From Thermoanaerobaculia bacterium (GTDB taxonomy: Bacteria > Acidobacteriota > Thermoanaerobaculia > Multivoradales > Multivoraceae): 64,000 nt of DNA. Below, piece by piece: positions 19,224-28,963 of the stretch. A program made the position numbers and the translations under genes. The stretch lies in contig OY762911.1 of the NCBI GenBank assembly GCA_963666565.1, forward strand, positions 2,496,001-2,560,000, in the 5' to 3' direction. Below the pieces are notes generated by a model. The model saw only the letters and a program-made list of their open reading frames with translations. It was not told where the DNA came from and searched no databases. Positions within the stretch are counted from its first letter, which is position 1. Each line of letters starts with the position of its first letter.

Positions 19224-22200
19224 CGGATCCGGCGTCGTCGTCGATCCTGGTTTCGGCTTCGGCCGGCGCGCGCCTGGCCGCGGCCGGCGAGAGGCTGCGG
19301 GCGTGCCTCGAGACCGGCGACGAGGCGCTGCTGCTCGCTCCGTCCCGCGGCGCCGCCGACGACCTGCTGCGGCGCCTGTCGGCGGCCGGCGGCGGCCTGC
19401 TGGGCGTTCACGCCATGTCCTTCGCGCAGTGGGCGCTCCAGGCCGCCGCGCTCGACCTGGCCGCTCGCGATCTGCGCCCGATCACGCCGCTCGGAACCGA
19501 GGCGATCGCCGCCCGCGCCGCCCGGCTGGCGGAGGCGGACGGCGAACTGGAGCGCCTGTCCCCGGTCGCCGGCATGCCGGGGTTCGCTCGTTCCCTGGCC
19601 GCGACGATCCGGGAACTGCGGTCGGCCGGGGTGCCCGCCGCGGCGCTCATGGAAGACGAGTCCACGCGCGACCTGGGCCGGTTGCTCGCCCGCTTCGCTG
19701 ACGAAATGGACCGGTTCGGACTTGCCGACCGGCCGGCCGTCCTGCGGCTCGCCGCGGCGGCCCTGGCCGAGGGGAGGGCGGCCGCGCCGCCGCGCTCGAT
19801 CTGGCTCGACCTGCCGTTGCGCAACCGGGCCCAGGCCGAGGCGTTACGGGCTCTTTCCGCGCGCAGCCGCGAGGTCGCGGCGACCGTCGCCGCGGGCGAC
19901 GGCGAGTCGATGGAGTGGCTGACCGCGGTGCTCGGCGACCGGGCCGCTACCGACCTCGACCGGGATGCGGACGGCGGCGAGGGGACTGCGCTCGGCCGGA
20001 GTGCGGACGGCGGCGAGGGGGCCGGTCTCGACCGGGACGTGGACGGCGCCGAGGGGACCGATCCCGACCGGGATGCGGCCACAGGCGAGGGGACCGCGCT
20101 CGGCCGGGTGCAGCGTTTCGTCTTCGAGACCGGCGCCGAGGTTGCCGGCGCCGAGCGCCCGGTCGAGGAAGCGCCGGCGTCCGTCGATCTCTTCTCGGCC
20201 GCGGGCGAGGGCCAGGAGTGCGTCGAGATCGCCCGCCGCATCCGCCGGGCCGCGGCCGGCGGGCTCGCCTTCGACCGCGTCGCGATCCTGGTGCGCCAGC
20301 CCGCGGCCTACCTGCCCCTGGTGGAGGACGCGCTGGCCCGGGCCGGAGTTCCCGCCTGGGTCACGCGGGGTTCGCTTCGTCCGAACCCGGCCGGCCGAGC
20401 CTTCCTGGCCCTGCTCGCGTGCGCCGGGGAGCGGCTCTCGGCGAGCCGGTTCGCCGAGTACCTGTCCCTCGGCCAGACGCCGAAACCGGCGGCGGATGGC
20501 GCTCCGCCGAAGACGGAGAGGGTCCTCTGGGTGGAGCCGGCCGGCGAACAGCTCGTGCTCAAGTCGCCGGAATCGCCGGAACCCGGTTCGGGCATCGGCG
20601 CACCGACCGCGCACCGGTCGCCGCGTCCATCGCCCGGTGCGGAGATGGCGCCGGAAGGGTCGAATCCGCGGAGCGAATCGGCCGGCAGAGACGCGGGACG
20701 CCAGGATGCCGCCGATTCCGCGGAAGACGCCGCCCCGGCCGGTGCGCTCCGCGTTCCCGCGCAATGGGAGCGCCTGCTGGTGGACGCGGCCGTGGTCGGC
20801 GGCGCCGGCCGCTGGCGGAAGCGCCTCGAGGGGCTGGACGAGGAGTTTCGGCTGCAACTGCGCGAGGCCGCAGACGAGAACGAGGGCCGCCGGGGCTACC
20901 TCGAGCGCCAGATCGCGCGGCTCGGCACGCTCCGCGACTTCGCACTGCCCCTGGTCGAGTTCCTGGACGGTCTGCCGGAGAGCGCTGACTGGGGCCTCTG
21001 GCTCGACCGCCTCGGCGAACTGGCGACGATGGCGCTGCGGCGCCCGGAGTCGGTGCTTGAACTGCTGGCGGAGCTGCGGCCGCTCTCGGAGGTCGACGAG
21101 GTGGGCCTGGCCGAGGTCGAGCGGGTGCTCGCCGAGCGCCTCCGGTTCAGCCGGCGCGAACCGCCGAAGCGCCGCTACGGCCGCGTCTTCGTGGGCGCGG
21201 TGGAGGAGGCGGCCGGGCGGTCCTTCGACCTCGTCTTCGTGCCGGGCCTCGCCGAGGGGGTCTTCCCGCGGCGCTCCGGCGAGGACGCCCTGCTGCTGGA
21301 CGACCGGCGCCGCGCACTGGGGGCTGCGGGCTACCGCCTCCCGATCGACGTCGACCGCACGCGCCGGGAGCAACTCCTGCTGCGGCTCGCCGCCGGCGCG
21401 GCGGGCCGGCGGCTCGTCGCCTCCTGGCCGCGGGTCGATCTGGTGCAGGGGCGGGCCCGGGTGCCGTCGCTCTACGCTCTCGACCTGCTACGGGCCGCCG
21501 AGGGCCGGCTGCCCGACCTGGACGCCCTCGGCCGGCGAGCCGCGGCCGCCGGCGCCGCCGTCGTCGGCTGGCCCGCGCCGGAAGACCCGGACGAGGCGAT
21601 CGACGAGGCGGAGTTCGACCTCGCCATGCTCCAGCCGCTGCTCGCCGGCGGGCTGGAGGCGGAGGAGCGCCGGGGCCGGGCGCGCTTCCTGCTGTCGTCG
21701 AACGAGCACCTGGCGCGGGCGCTGCGGGCCCGGGCCAGGCGCTGGCGGAAGGGGTGGTTCCCGGTCGACGGCCTGGTCGACGCCGGCGACGAGGCCCGGG
21801 AGTACCTGTCCCGGCACCGCGTCGGCGCCCGCTCCTACTCGCCGACCGCGCTCCAGAACTTCGCCGCCTGCCCCTACCGGTTCTTCCTCCAGGCCGTGCT
21901 CTACCTGCGGCCGCGCGACGAACTCGTGCAGATCGAGCAGTTGGACCCGATGACCCGGGGCGGCATCTTCCACGAGATCCAGTTCCGGCTGTTCGGCGCG
22001 CTCGAGGAGAAGGAGCTTCACCCGGTGACGGCCGCCCGGCTCGACGACGCGTTCGCGGCGCTCGACGACGTGATCGAGGAAGCCGAGCGCGAGTACCGCG
22101 ACCGCCTGGCGCCGCCGATCGAGCGTGTTTGGACGGCCGAGTTCGAGGGCCTGCGCGGCGATCTCCGGGGCTGGCTCCGGCAGGTCGCGGACGAGGGCGG

Positions 22201-22750
22201 CGGCTGGACGCCGGTCCACGCCGAACTCGGCTTCGGCCTCGCGCGGTCGCGCGAGCGGGATCCCCGGAGCGTCCGGCAGCCGGCGGAGGTGCAGGACGGC
22301 GCGCAACTGCGCGGTTCGATCGACCTGGTCGAGGCGGACGCCGCCGGCCGCCTGCGGGTGACCGACCACAAGACCGGCGGCGCCCGCCACGCCGGCAGGG
22401 GACTCGTGATCGGCGGCGGCAAGGTCCTGCAGCCGGCGCTCTACAGCCTGGCGGCCGAGGCCGTCCTCGGCCGGGACGTGGCCTCGGGCCGGCTGTTCTA
22501 CTGCACCCAGCGCGGCGGCTACCGCGTCGCCTCCGTCCCGCTCGACGAGCGCAGCCGCGGCGCCGTCCGCAGGATGCTCGCCACCGTCGACAGCGCGCTG
22601 GAGGAGGGCTTCCTGCCCGCCGCGCCGGACAAGGACGAGTGCCGCTACTGCGACTACCGCGCGGTCTGCGGCCCGTACGAGGAACTCCGGGTGGCGGCCA
22701 AGCAGCGGCGCCGTCTCGAGCCGCTCCATGCCCTGAGGCTCGAACCGTGA
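19220..22750 (+). CDS. addB: AddB-like helicase-nuclease subunit (PD-(D/E)XK nuclease with Fe-S staple)
   Basis: SPTALQNFAACPYRFF, RGSIDLVE..VTDHKTG, QPALY, CRYCDYRAVC; coupled to a UvrD-like gene. Confidence 0.85.
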   Translation: MTDPASSSILVSASAGARLAAAGERLRACLETGDEALLLAPSRGAADDLLRRLSAAGGGLLGVHAMSFAQWALQAAALDLAARDLRPITPLGTEAIAARAARLAEADGELERLSPVAGMPGFARSLAATIRELRSAGVPAAALMEDESTRDLGRLLARFADEMDRFGLADRPAVLRLAAAALAEGRAAAPPRSIWLDLPLRNRAQAEALRALSARSREVAATVAAGDGESMEWLTAVLGDRAATDLDRDADGGEGTALGRSADGGEGAGLDRDVDGAEGTDPDRDAATGEGTALGRVQRFVFETGAEVAGAERPVEEAPASVDLFSAAGEGQECVEIARRIRRAAAGGLAFDRVAILVRQPAAYLPLVEDALARAGVPAWVTRGSLRPNPAGRAFLALLACAGERLSASRFAEYLSLGQTPKPAADGAPPKTERVLWVEPAGEQLVLKSPESPEPGSGIGAPTAHRSPRPSPGAEMAPEGSNPRSESAGRDAGRQDAADSAEDAAPAGALRVPAQWERLLVDAAVVGGAGRWRKRLEGLDEEFRLQLREAADENEGRRGYLERQIARLGTLRDFALPLVEFLDGLPESADWGLWLDRLGELATMALRRPESVLELLAELRPLSEVDEVGLAEVERVLAERLRFSRREPPKRRYGRVFVGAVEEAAGRSFDLVFVPGLAEGVFPRRSGEDALLLDDRRRALGAAGYRLPIDVDRTRREQLLLRLAAGAAGRRLVASWPRVDLVQGRARVPSLYALDLLRAAEGRLPDLDALGRRAAAAGAAVVGWPAPEDPDEAIDEAEFDLAMLQPLLAGGLEAEERRGRARFLLSSNEHLARALRARARRWRKGWFPVDGLVDAGDEAREYLSRHRVGARSYSPTALQNFAACPYRFFLQAVLYLRPRDELVQIEQLDPMTRGGIFHEIQFRLFGALEEKELHPVTAARLDDAFAALDDVIEEAEREYRDRLAPPIERVWTAEFEGLRGDLRGWLRQVADEGGGWTPVHAELGFGLARSRERDPRSVRQPAEVQDGAQLRGSIDLVEADAAGRLRVTDHKTGGARHAGRGLVIGGGKVLQPALYSLAAEAVLGRDVASGRLFYCTQRGGYRVASVPLDERSRGAVRRMLATVDSALEEGFLPAAPDKDECRYCDYRAVCGPYEELRVAAKQRRRLEPLHALRLEP
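19949..20107 (+). repeat. In-frame 36-bp tandem repeat, about 4 copies
   Basis: TDLDRDADGGEG/TALGRSADGGEG/AGLDRDVDGAEG/TDPDRDAATGEG. Confidence 0.8.
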
Positions 22751-25700
22751 CCGCCGGGACCGAGCGGCCGCTCGCCGACGAGACCGCCCGCCGGCGGATC
22801 CGGGAGGCGCTGCGCGAGAGTCAGCTCGTCGAGGCGGCGGCCGGCACCGGCAAGACGACGGTGCTGGTCGAACGGCTGGTGGCGATCCTGGAGCGGGGCC
22901 TCGGCACGGTCGACGGACTGGCCGCCGTCACCTTCACGCGCAAGGCCGCCGGCGAGCTGAAGCTCCGCCTGCGGGAGGAACTCGACCGGCGGCTGGTCGA
23001 GTTGCGGGCCGCGGGCGCGGCCGACGAGCGCAGCCGGAACCTGGAGGCCGCCATCTCGCGCCTGGAGGAAGCGTCCATCGGGACGATCCACTCGCTTTGC
23101 GCCGAGATCCTCCGCGAGCGGCCGGTCGAGGCCGGCGTCGATCCGGGCTTCGGCGAACTGGCCGAGGACGAGGCGCCGCGCCTGTTCGACCGGACCTTCC
23201 GGGGCTGGATCGAGGAGCAGCTCGAATCGATGCGGCCCGGACTGCGGCGGGCGCTGGCGCGGCTGACGGCCGGACCGTGGTCGCCCCAACGGCCGCCGCT
23301 GGACCGGCTGCGGGAAACGGCGTGGCGGCTGGTCGACTGGCGGGACTTCCCGGCGCGCTGGCGGCGGCCGGAGCTCGACCGCGAAACGCAACTCGCCGAT
23401 CTTGCGGAGCGCGTGGAGAGGCTGGCCGATCTCGTGCGCCATGGCCGGCGCGGCGACATCCTGAGGCGGGACCTCGACCGGGTCGTGGAACTTGCGGCCT
23501 GGATGGCCCGCGCGCGGGAGCTGGGCGTTCCGGGACCGAACGGCGGTGGCCGGGAAGCGAGCGGCGGCGGCCGGGAAGTGGACGGCGGCGGCCGGGAAGT
23601 GGCCGGCGGCGGCGACGAAGCGGAGGGCGGCGAGGCGTTTCGGGATCAGTTGGAAGCGCGGCTCGTCGAACTGCGGCGCCGCCTGAGCGGCTGGGGCAAG
23701 CCCCGCAAGGGCCGGGGCGGCTTCGCCGAAGGCGTCGCCCGCGACCACGTCTGGCGCCTCTGGCTGGGGCTGTCGGAGCGCCTGGAGGACTTCGTGGAGT
23801 CGGCCGACGCGGACCTCGCGGCGCTGCTCCGGGACGAACTCGGCGGCGCGGTCGAGCGGTACGAGGAGGCGAAGGCCGCCCTCGGCAAGCTCGACTTCCA
23901 CGACCTCCTGATCAAGGCCAGGGACCTGTTGCGTTCGGACGGCGCGGTGCGCGCCCACCTGCAGCGGCGCTACGGCCACCTGTTCATCGACGAGTTCCAG
24001 GACACGGATCCGCTCCAGGCCGAGATCCTGCTGCTGCTCGCGGCGGACGATCCGGACCAGGACGACTGGAGAGAGGTTCGGCCGGCGGCGGGCAAGCTGT
24101 TCGTCGTCGGCGACCCGAAGCAGTCGATCTACCGCTTCCGCCGGGCGGACGTCGTGCTGTACCACGACGTCAAGGAGATGCTCGCCGGGCGCGGCGTTGA
24201 GGTCCTCCACCTGACGACGAGCTTCCGCTCGGTCGCGCCGATCCAGCGGCTGGTGAACGCGGCCTTCGCGCCGCTGATGACCGGCGACCGCGAGGCCGGC
24301 AGCGCGGACTACATCGCCCTCGGCGAGCACCGCGAACCGATCGCCGGCCAGCCCGCGGTCGTCGCCCTGCCGCCGCCCAGGCCGTACGGCGTCCGCAACC
24401 TGAGCAACCGGGAGATCGAGGCGTGCCAGCCTTACGCCACGGTGGAGTTCGTCCGCTGGCTGATCCAGGACAGCGGCTTCGAGGTCGAGACGCCGGATCC
24501 CGACCGGTCCGGACATCGCAAGCGGTCGCGGGTGCGGCCGCGCGACGTCTGCCTGCTCTTCCGCCGCTTCATGAGCTGGAACCGGGACACGTCCCGCGAG
24601 TACGTCCGGGGACTGGAGGCCGTGGGCATTCCCCATCTCCTGCTCGGCGCGCGTTCGTTCCACGAGCGGGAGGAAGTCGAGGCGCTGCGGTCGGCGCTCA
24701 AGGCGGTCGAGTGGCCGGACGACGACCTCTCGGTCTACGCGACGCTGCGCGGCGGCCTGTTCGCGTTCGACGACGACCTGCTGCTTCGTTTCCGGGCGCG
24801 CTACGGCGGCTGGCATCCGTTCCGGGCGCCGCGGCGGGCGCAGGAGAATGGCGAGCCGCTTGAGGAGTTCCGCTCCCTGGTCGAGGTGCTCGACTTCCTC
24901 GCCGAACTCCACCGCCGCCGGAACTACCGCCCGATCGTCGGTACCGTGCAGGAGGTGCTGGCGAGGCCGCGGGCCCAGGCGTCGATGGCGCTCCGGCCCG
25001 CCGGCAACCAGGTGCTGGGCAACGCGCAGCGGGTGTGCGATCTCGCCCGCCGCTACGAGCTGGGCGGCGGCCGCTCGTTCCGCGGCTTCGTCGAGCAGTT
25101 GGACGAGGAGGCCGAGCGCCCGGCCAGCACCCAGGCGCCGGTGGTGGAGGAGGACGCGGAAGGCGTGCGGATCATGACCGTCCACACCGCGAAGGGGCTG
25201 GAGTTCCCGGTCGTCATCCTCGCCGACATGACCGCGGGCCTGTCCCGCGGCGCCGAACGGACCATGAGCCCCGACGACGGCCTGTGCGCGATGAAGCTCC
25301 TCGGCCTGTCGCCGCGGGAACTGCTGGAATCGAGGGAGATCGAGGACCGCCGCGAGGAGGCGGAGGGCGTGCGGGTCGCCTACGTGGCGGCGACGCGGGC
25401 CCGCGACCTGCTCGTCGTCCCGGCGGTCGGCGACGCGAAGCGGAACGGATGGGTCCAGTGCCTGAACGACGCGGTGTATCCGCCGCCGGAGCGCCGGCGG
25501 CAGTCCGAGCCGGCGGAGGGCTGCCCGGCGTTCGGCGAGCGATCGGTGGCAAGGCGGCCGGACGACCGGGATCGGTTGCCGCAGCCCGAGACGTCCGTCC
25601 GGCCGGGCAGGCACCGGTTCCCGGGCATGGCCGGCGAAGATGGCGGGACCGGCAAAGGGGGCGAAGCCGGCGAAGGGGGCGAAGCCGGCGAAGGGGGCGA

Positions 25701-26637
25701 AGCCGGCGAAGGGGGTGAGGCCGGTAAAGCGGGCGAGGCCGCCAATTGGAATGATGCCGGCAAGACCGGCGATGCCGGCTACGACGTCGTCTGGTGGGAC
25801 GCGAACCTGGTGGATGTGAAGCCGCCGGCGAGCTACGGCCTGCTGGGCGAGGATCTGCTGGTCGAGGCCGGCGACAACGCCAACCGCGAACGGTTCGAAC
25901 GCTGGCGGCGCCACGGCGAGGACCTGGTCGCCCGCGGTTCGGTGCCGAGCGCCCGCCCGGTCGCGGTCACCGAACTCGAGGTCGACCCGCCGGGCGAGCC
26001 AGCGGAGGTCTCGGTGGAGGAACTGGAGCGGTCTCGCGACCGGCCCGGCGGCGTCCGTTTCGGCAGCCTGGTCCACACCTTGCTGCGCGGCGCGCCGCTG
26101 TCGGGCGAAGCGGAACGGATCAGCGAGCTGGCACGCCTGCACGGCGCCCTCTTGGCCGCGACCGGCGCCGAGATCGAAGCGGCCCAAGCCGTCGTGACCG
26201 CGGCGCTCGCGAGCCCGGCCGCCGAGGCGGCTCGGGCTTCGCGGAGGCTTCTGCGCGAGACGCCGTTCCTCCTGCCCCTGGCGATCAAGAGTCTGCCCCC
26301 GGCCGGCGAGGGTCTGCCCCCTGCTGGCCAGGGTCTGCCGCAGGCGAGCGGCGCTCTGCCTCTGGCCGGCGACGCTCCGCCCTTGGCCGGCGACGCGACT
26401 AACCGGATCGTCGAGGGAGCGATCGATCTCGCCTACCTCGACGACGACGGCCGCTGGATCGTCGTCGACTGGAAGACCGACCTCGGCGATCTGGACGCGC
26501 CGGCAGGCGGTAGCGGCGATTCCGGCGCCGACGCCACCGCCCGCGGGGAACGCTACCGCCGGCAAGTCCGCTGGTACTGCTACGCGTTGGAGCAACTGAC
26601 CGGCGCGCCAGCCTCCGGCCGCCTCGTACTGCTTTAG
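22747..26637 (+). CDS. addA: AddA-like UvrD/SF1 helicase-nuclease
   Basis: GTG at 22747 overlaps the addB stop; EAAAGTGKT, IDEFQDTD, VGDPKQSIYRFR, MTVHTAKGLEF, YVAATRARD, C-terminal GAIDL..VDWKT. Confidence 0.9.
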   Translation: MTAGTERPLADETARRRIREALRESQLVEAAAGTGKTTVLVERLVAILERGLGTVDGLAAVTFTRKAAGELKLRLREELDRRLVELRAAGAADERSRNLEAAISRLEEASIGTIHSLCAEILRERPVEAGVDPGFGELAEDEAPRLFDRTFRGWIEEQLESMRPGLRRALARLTAGPWSPQRPPLDRLRETAWRLVDWRDFPARWRRPELDRETQLADLAERVERLADLVRHGRRGDILRRDLDRVVELAAWMARARELGVPGPNGGGREASGGGREVDGGGREVAGGGDEAEGGEAFRDQLEARLVELRRRLSGWGKPRKGRGGFAEGVARDHVWRLWLGLSERLEDFVESADADLAALLRDELGGAVERYEEAKAALGKLDFHDLLIKARDLLRSDGAVRAHLQRRYGHLFIDEFQDTDPLQAEILLLLAADDPDQDDWREVRPAAGKLFVVGDPKQSIYRFRRADVVLYHDVKEMLAGRGVEVLHLTTSFRSVAPIQRLVNAAFAPLMTGDREAGSADYIALGEHREPIAGQPAVVALPPPRPYGVRNLSNREIEACQPYATVEFVRWLIQDSGFEVETPDPDRSGHRKRSRVRPRDVCLLFRRFMSWNRDTSREYVRGLEAVGIPHLLLGARSFHEREEVEALRSALKAVEWPDDDLSVYATLRGGLFAFDDDLLLRFRARYGGWHPFRAPRRAQENGEPLEEFRSLVEVLDFLAELHRRRNYRPIVGTVQEVLARPRAQASMALRPAGNQVLGNAQRVCDLARRYELGGGRSFRGFVEQLDEEAERPASTQAPVVEEDAEGVRIMTVHTAKGLEFPVVILADMTAGLSRGAERTMSPDDGLCAMKLLGLSPRELLESREIEDRREEAEGVRVAYVAATRARDLLVVPAVGDAKRNGWVQCLNDAVYPPPERRRQSEPAEGCPAFGERSVARRPDDRDRLPQPETSVRPGRHRFPGMAGEDGGTGKGGEAGEGGEAGEGGEAGEGGEAGKAGEAANWNDAGKTGDAGYDVVWWDANLVDVKPPASYGLLGEDLLVEAGDNANRERFERWRRHGEDLVARGSVPSARPVAVTELEVDPPGEPAEVSVEELERSRDRPGGVRFGSLVHTLLRGAPLSGEAERISELARLHGALLAATGAEIEAAQAVVTAALASPAAEAARASRRLLRETPFLLPLAIKSLPPAGEGLPPAGQGLPQASGALPLAGDAPPLAGDATNRIVEGAIDLAYLDDDGRWIVVDWKTDLGDLDAPAGGSGDSGADATARGERYRRQVRWYCYALEQLTGAPASGRLVLL
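25633..25777 (+). repeat. In-frame 18-bp tandem repeat (GEGGEA)n in addA
   Basis: ggcgaagggggcgaagcc units; further 21-bp arrays at 23542-23613 and 26293-26397. Confidence 0.85.
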
Positions 26638-26649
26638 CTTTAGCCGTCC

Positions 26650-26724
26650 GCTGGGTGCGCGAGTCCTCTGACCCGCTGCCGCCGAAGGCGGCCAACAGAA
26701 CGCGCCGGCCGTCAGGCCGGCGCC
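26650..26724. repeat. REP-like family A copy
   Basis: gctgggtgcgcgagtcctctgacccgctgccgccgaaggcggcc...gccggccgtcaggccggcgcc, collinear with 14661-14733. Confidence 0.8.
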
Positions 26725-26883
26725 GCTGTGGCGCCACCGGTTCCTTGCTCGCTACAGCCAGCCCGTCGGTACCGGTTGCGGCAGAGGGGGCGATCGCCCA
26801 GGAACCACTCGTACGCGGGCCGAGCCTCGATCCCGCTTACGGTCTCGGAGGGAAGGCCCGACATCGTGAGGGTCAACAGCATC

Positions 26884-26912
26884 TTGCGGGCGTTCGGAAA
26901 GGGGATTATACG
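26884..26912 (+). promoter_or_regulatory. Putative sigma70-type promoter
   Basis: TTGCGG-17 bp-TATACG in an AT-richer patch. Confidence 0.4.
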
Positions 26913-26923
26913 CTTGGGTTGAC

Positions 26924-27166
26924 GGCCGTCAGGTAGCGCGGAACTGATCCCGTCCGCACGCCTGGGCGGGGATGAGCGAGGACACCCTGGCCGACCGCCG
27001 CTGGGCGGGGAGGAGGCGGGGACGTCGTGACCCGACCGGACTCCCGCAGCCGAATTCTGTCAGGTCCTGCCTGCACTTTCCGGCTTCGTGTACCCCGAGA
27101 ATTGGCCAAGGCCTGACGCCGGGTGCGAGGATCCGGGCCGGGGGTTGAAGAGCCCCCCGGCCCGGA
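26924..27166 (+). ncRNA. Candidate structured small RNA or small-ORF transcript
   Basis: Closing helix cgtcagg (26927-26933) with cctgacg (27112-27118), internal hairpins, and a 13-bp terminal stem at 27132-27166; family not recognised. Confidence 0.3.
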
Positions 27167-27520
27167 CGCCGCCGTGTGGGCGGCAATGGGCACAACGATC
27201 TTCTGCGCCTGGAGTCCAGCAGGCGCCGCAGGAGACGCTCCCAGCCCTGTACGACCTGGATCTCGTCGAGCAGCCAGGCTTCGGGCGCGGCGTCCGCACT
27301 CTCCAGATAGCGGCTTGGGTACTCGTCGATCAGTGCGCCCAGGGAGAGGGCGTCCAGTCCGGCGAACCGTTCGTCCTCGAGCCTCAGGAACGGTAGCCGC
27401 CATGGTGCGGCGCCTCCGGCCATCTTCTCGGCTCTCAACTGATGCAGGAACGTCGTCTTTCCCGCGCGGCGCATTCCGATGACGGACGTGACCTTGCCCG
27501 GCAACCGGACTTGGCTGAAA

Positions 27521-28822
27521 GGCTCTTCCGGGTTGATGGTGGAAATCGCGTAGTGTGGCGCGATGCGCGACACAGACTTGTACGGTCGGATTCTCGGCAT
27601 CGAGAGTCCCTGGAAGGTGACGGACGTCGAGCTGCGGCTTGACGCCGGCGAGGTGGAGGTGTTGGTGGCTCGCAGGCAGGGCGAGTCGTTCCGTTGTCCG
27701 AAGTGCGGCGGCGCTGCGAGTCGGCACGATTCGCGTCGTCGGCGCTGGCGGCATCTGCCGACGTGCCAGTACCGGACGATCCTGACCGCGGACGTGCCTC
27801 GGGTGCGGTGCGCGGAGCACGGGGTGCTGACGATCGGCGTGCCCTGGTCGGACCCGGGTTCGCGGTTCACGGCGTTGTTCGAGGCGCTGGTGATCGACTG
27901 GCTGGGTGCGGCGAGCGTCTCGGCGGTGGCTCGGCTTCTGGACCTGAGTTGGGACCAGGTATCCGGCGTGATGGAGCGTGCGGTGAAGCGCGGGCTCGAG
28001 CGGCGCGGGCCGGCGTCGGCGTCGAGGGTTCTGGGCGTGGACGAGACGTCGTTTCAGAAGCGCCACGAGTACGTGACGGTGGTGGCTGACATCGAGGGCG
28101 AGCCGCGGATGCACCACGTGGCGGACGGTCGGGGCAAGGACGCTCTGTCCTCGTACTACGAGTCGCTGTCGGAGGCGGCGCGCTCGCGGATCGAGACGGT
28201 GGCGATGGACATGTGGCCGGCGTACATCTCGGCGACGGTGTCCTGCCTGCCGGACGGCGGCGCCAAGCTCGCGTACGACAAGTTCCACGTCGCGGCCCAT
28301 CTGGGCGACGCCGTGAACCGGGTGCGGGTAGCGGAGCACCGAGAGCTGCAGAACCGGGGGGACGACCGGCTGGCCGGTACCCGGTACATGTGGCTGTACC
28401 ACCCCGACCGGTTGCCGGAGAGGCATGCGGCCTCCTTCAAGACCTTGGTGAACGCGACCTTGAAGACGGCGCGTTGCTGGCACCTGAAGGAGGTGGCGAT
28501 GATGATGTGGGAGACGCGGGACCGCGTCGAGGCGCGAGAGATCTTCGACGGCTGGTACTCGTGGGCGATCCGCAGTCGTCTCGAGCCCATGAAGGAAGTC
28601 GCCCGCATGATCAAGGCTCATCTCGACGGCGTGCTGAACGCGATCGAGCGGGGCGTCACCAACGCCCGCCTCGAAGGCATCAACTCGGTCATCCAGTCGC
28701 TCAAGAAGTCCGCCCGCGGCTACCGGAATCGGGACCGGTTCCGCGACGCCATCTACTTCCATCTCGGCGGCCTGAACCTCTACCCCGATTCGCTCACGTT
28801 CCACACGAAACCCTGAAGAGCC
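27521..28822 (+). mobile_element. Complete ISL3-family insertion sequence, 1302 bp
   Basis: IRL GGCTCTTCCGGGTTGATGGTGGAA and IRR GGCTCTTCAGGGTTTCGTGTGGAA; 8-bp target duplication GGCTGAAA at 27513-27520 and 28823-28830. Confidence 0.95.
27563..28816 (+). CDS. ISL3 family transposase
   Basis: CPKCG zinc finger, LGVDE, AMDMW, YDKFH, TNARLEGIN, ARGYRN. Confidence 0.96.
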   Translation: MRDTDLYGRILGIESPWKVTDVELRLDAGEVEVLVARRQGESFRCPKCGGAASRHDSRRRRWRHLPTCQYRTILTADVPRVRCAEHGVLTIGVPWSDPGSRFTALFEALVIDWLGAASVSAVARLLDLSWDQVSGVMERAVKRGLERRGPASASRVLGVDETSFQKRHEYVTVVADIEGEPRMHHVADGRGKDALSSYYESLSEAARSRIETVAMDMWPAYISATVSCLPDGGAKLAYDKFHVAAHLGDAVNRVRVAEHRELQNRGDDRLAGTRYMWLYHPDRLPERHAASFKTLVNATLKTARCWHLKEVAMMMWETRDRVEAREIFDGWYSWAIRSRLEPMKEVARMIKAHLDGVLNAIERGVTNARLEGINSVIQSLKKSARGYRNRDRFRDAIYFHLGGLNLYPDSLTFHTKP

Positions 28823-28963
28823 GGCTGAAAACGCGGCGTCTCGTGAAAGACGGCCCCGCGTCGTCCAGTCCGTCGGCGAGCTGGGCGTCGAAAGCGAGTC
28901 GGAGCCGGTCCAGATCCGGTGACATGGGCCTACGGTTTCTCCTTCCCGGAAGGAGAATCGCAC

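Larger units (their letters stand above)
27190..28925 (-). pseudogene. AAA+ ATPase (AAA_14/DUF4143-type) disrupted by ISL3 and 3'-truncated
   Basis: Removing the IS and one target duplication gives MSPDLDR...TRRRVFSQVRLPGKVTSVIGMRRAGKTT...LEDER...LLDEIQVVQGWE; similarity is lost after about 27190. Confidence 0.8.

Noticed and set aside
19220-26637. addB-addA as a novel helicase-nuclease defence system
   Set aside because: Motifs, the Fe-S staple and gene order match the AddAB recombination complex, and codon usage is native.
26930-27075. Resemblance to SRP RNA (aggtagcg, tgtcaggtcc), RNase P (acagaattcggct on the minus strand) or 6S RNA
   Set aside because: The SRP GGAA loop with GCAGC, the RNase P GAGGAAAGUCC and the 6S rod with central bubble are not present.
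27146-27154. tgaagagcc matching the ISL3 right end
   Set aside because: Only 9 bp, lying in a hairpin loop, with no partner end or transposase remnant.
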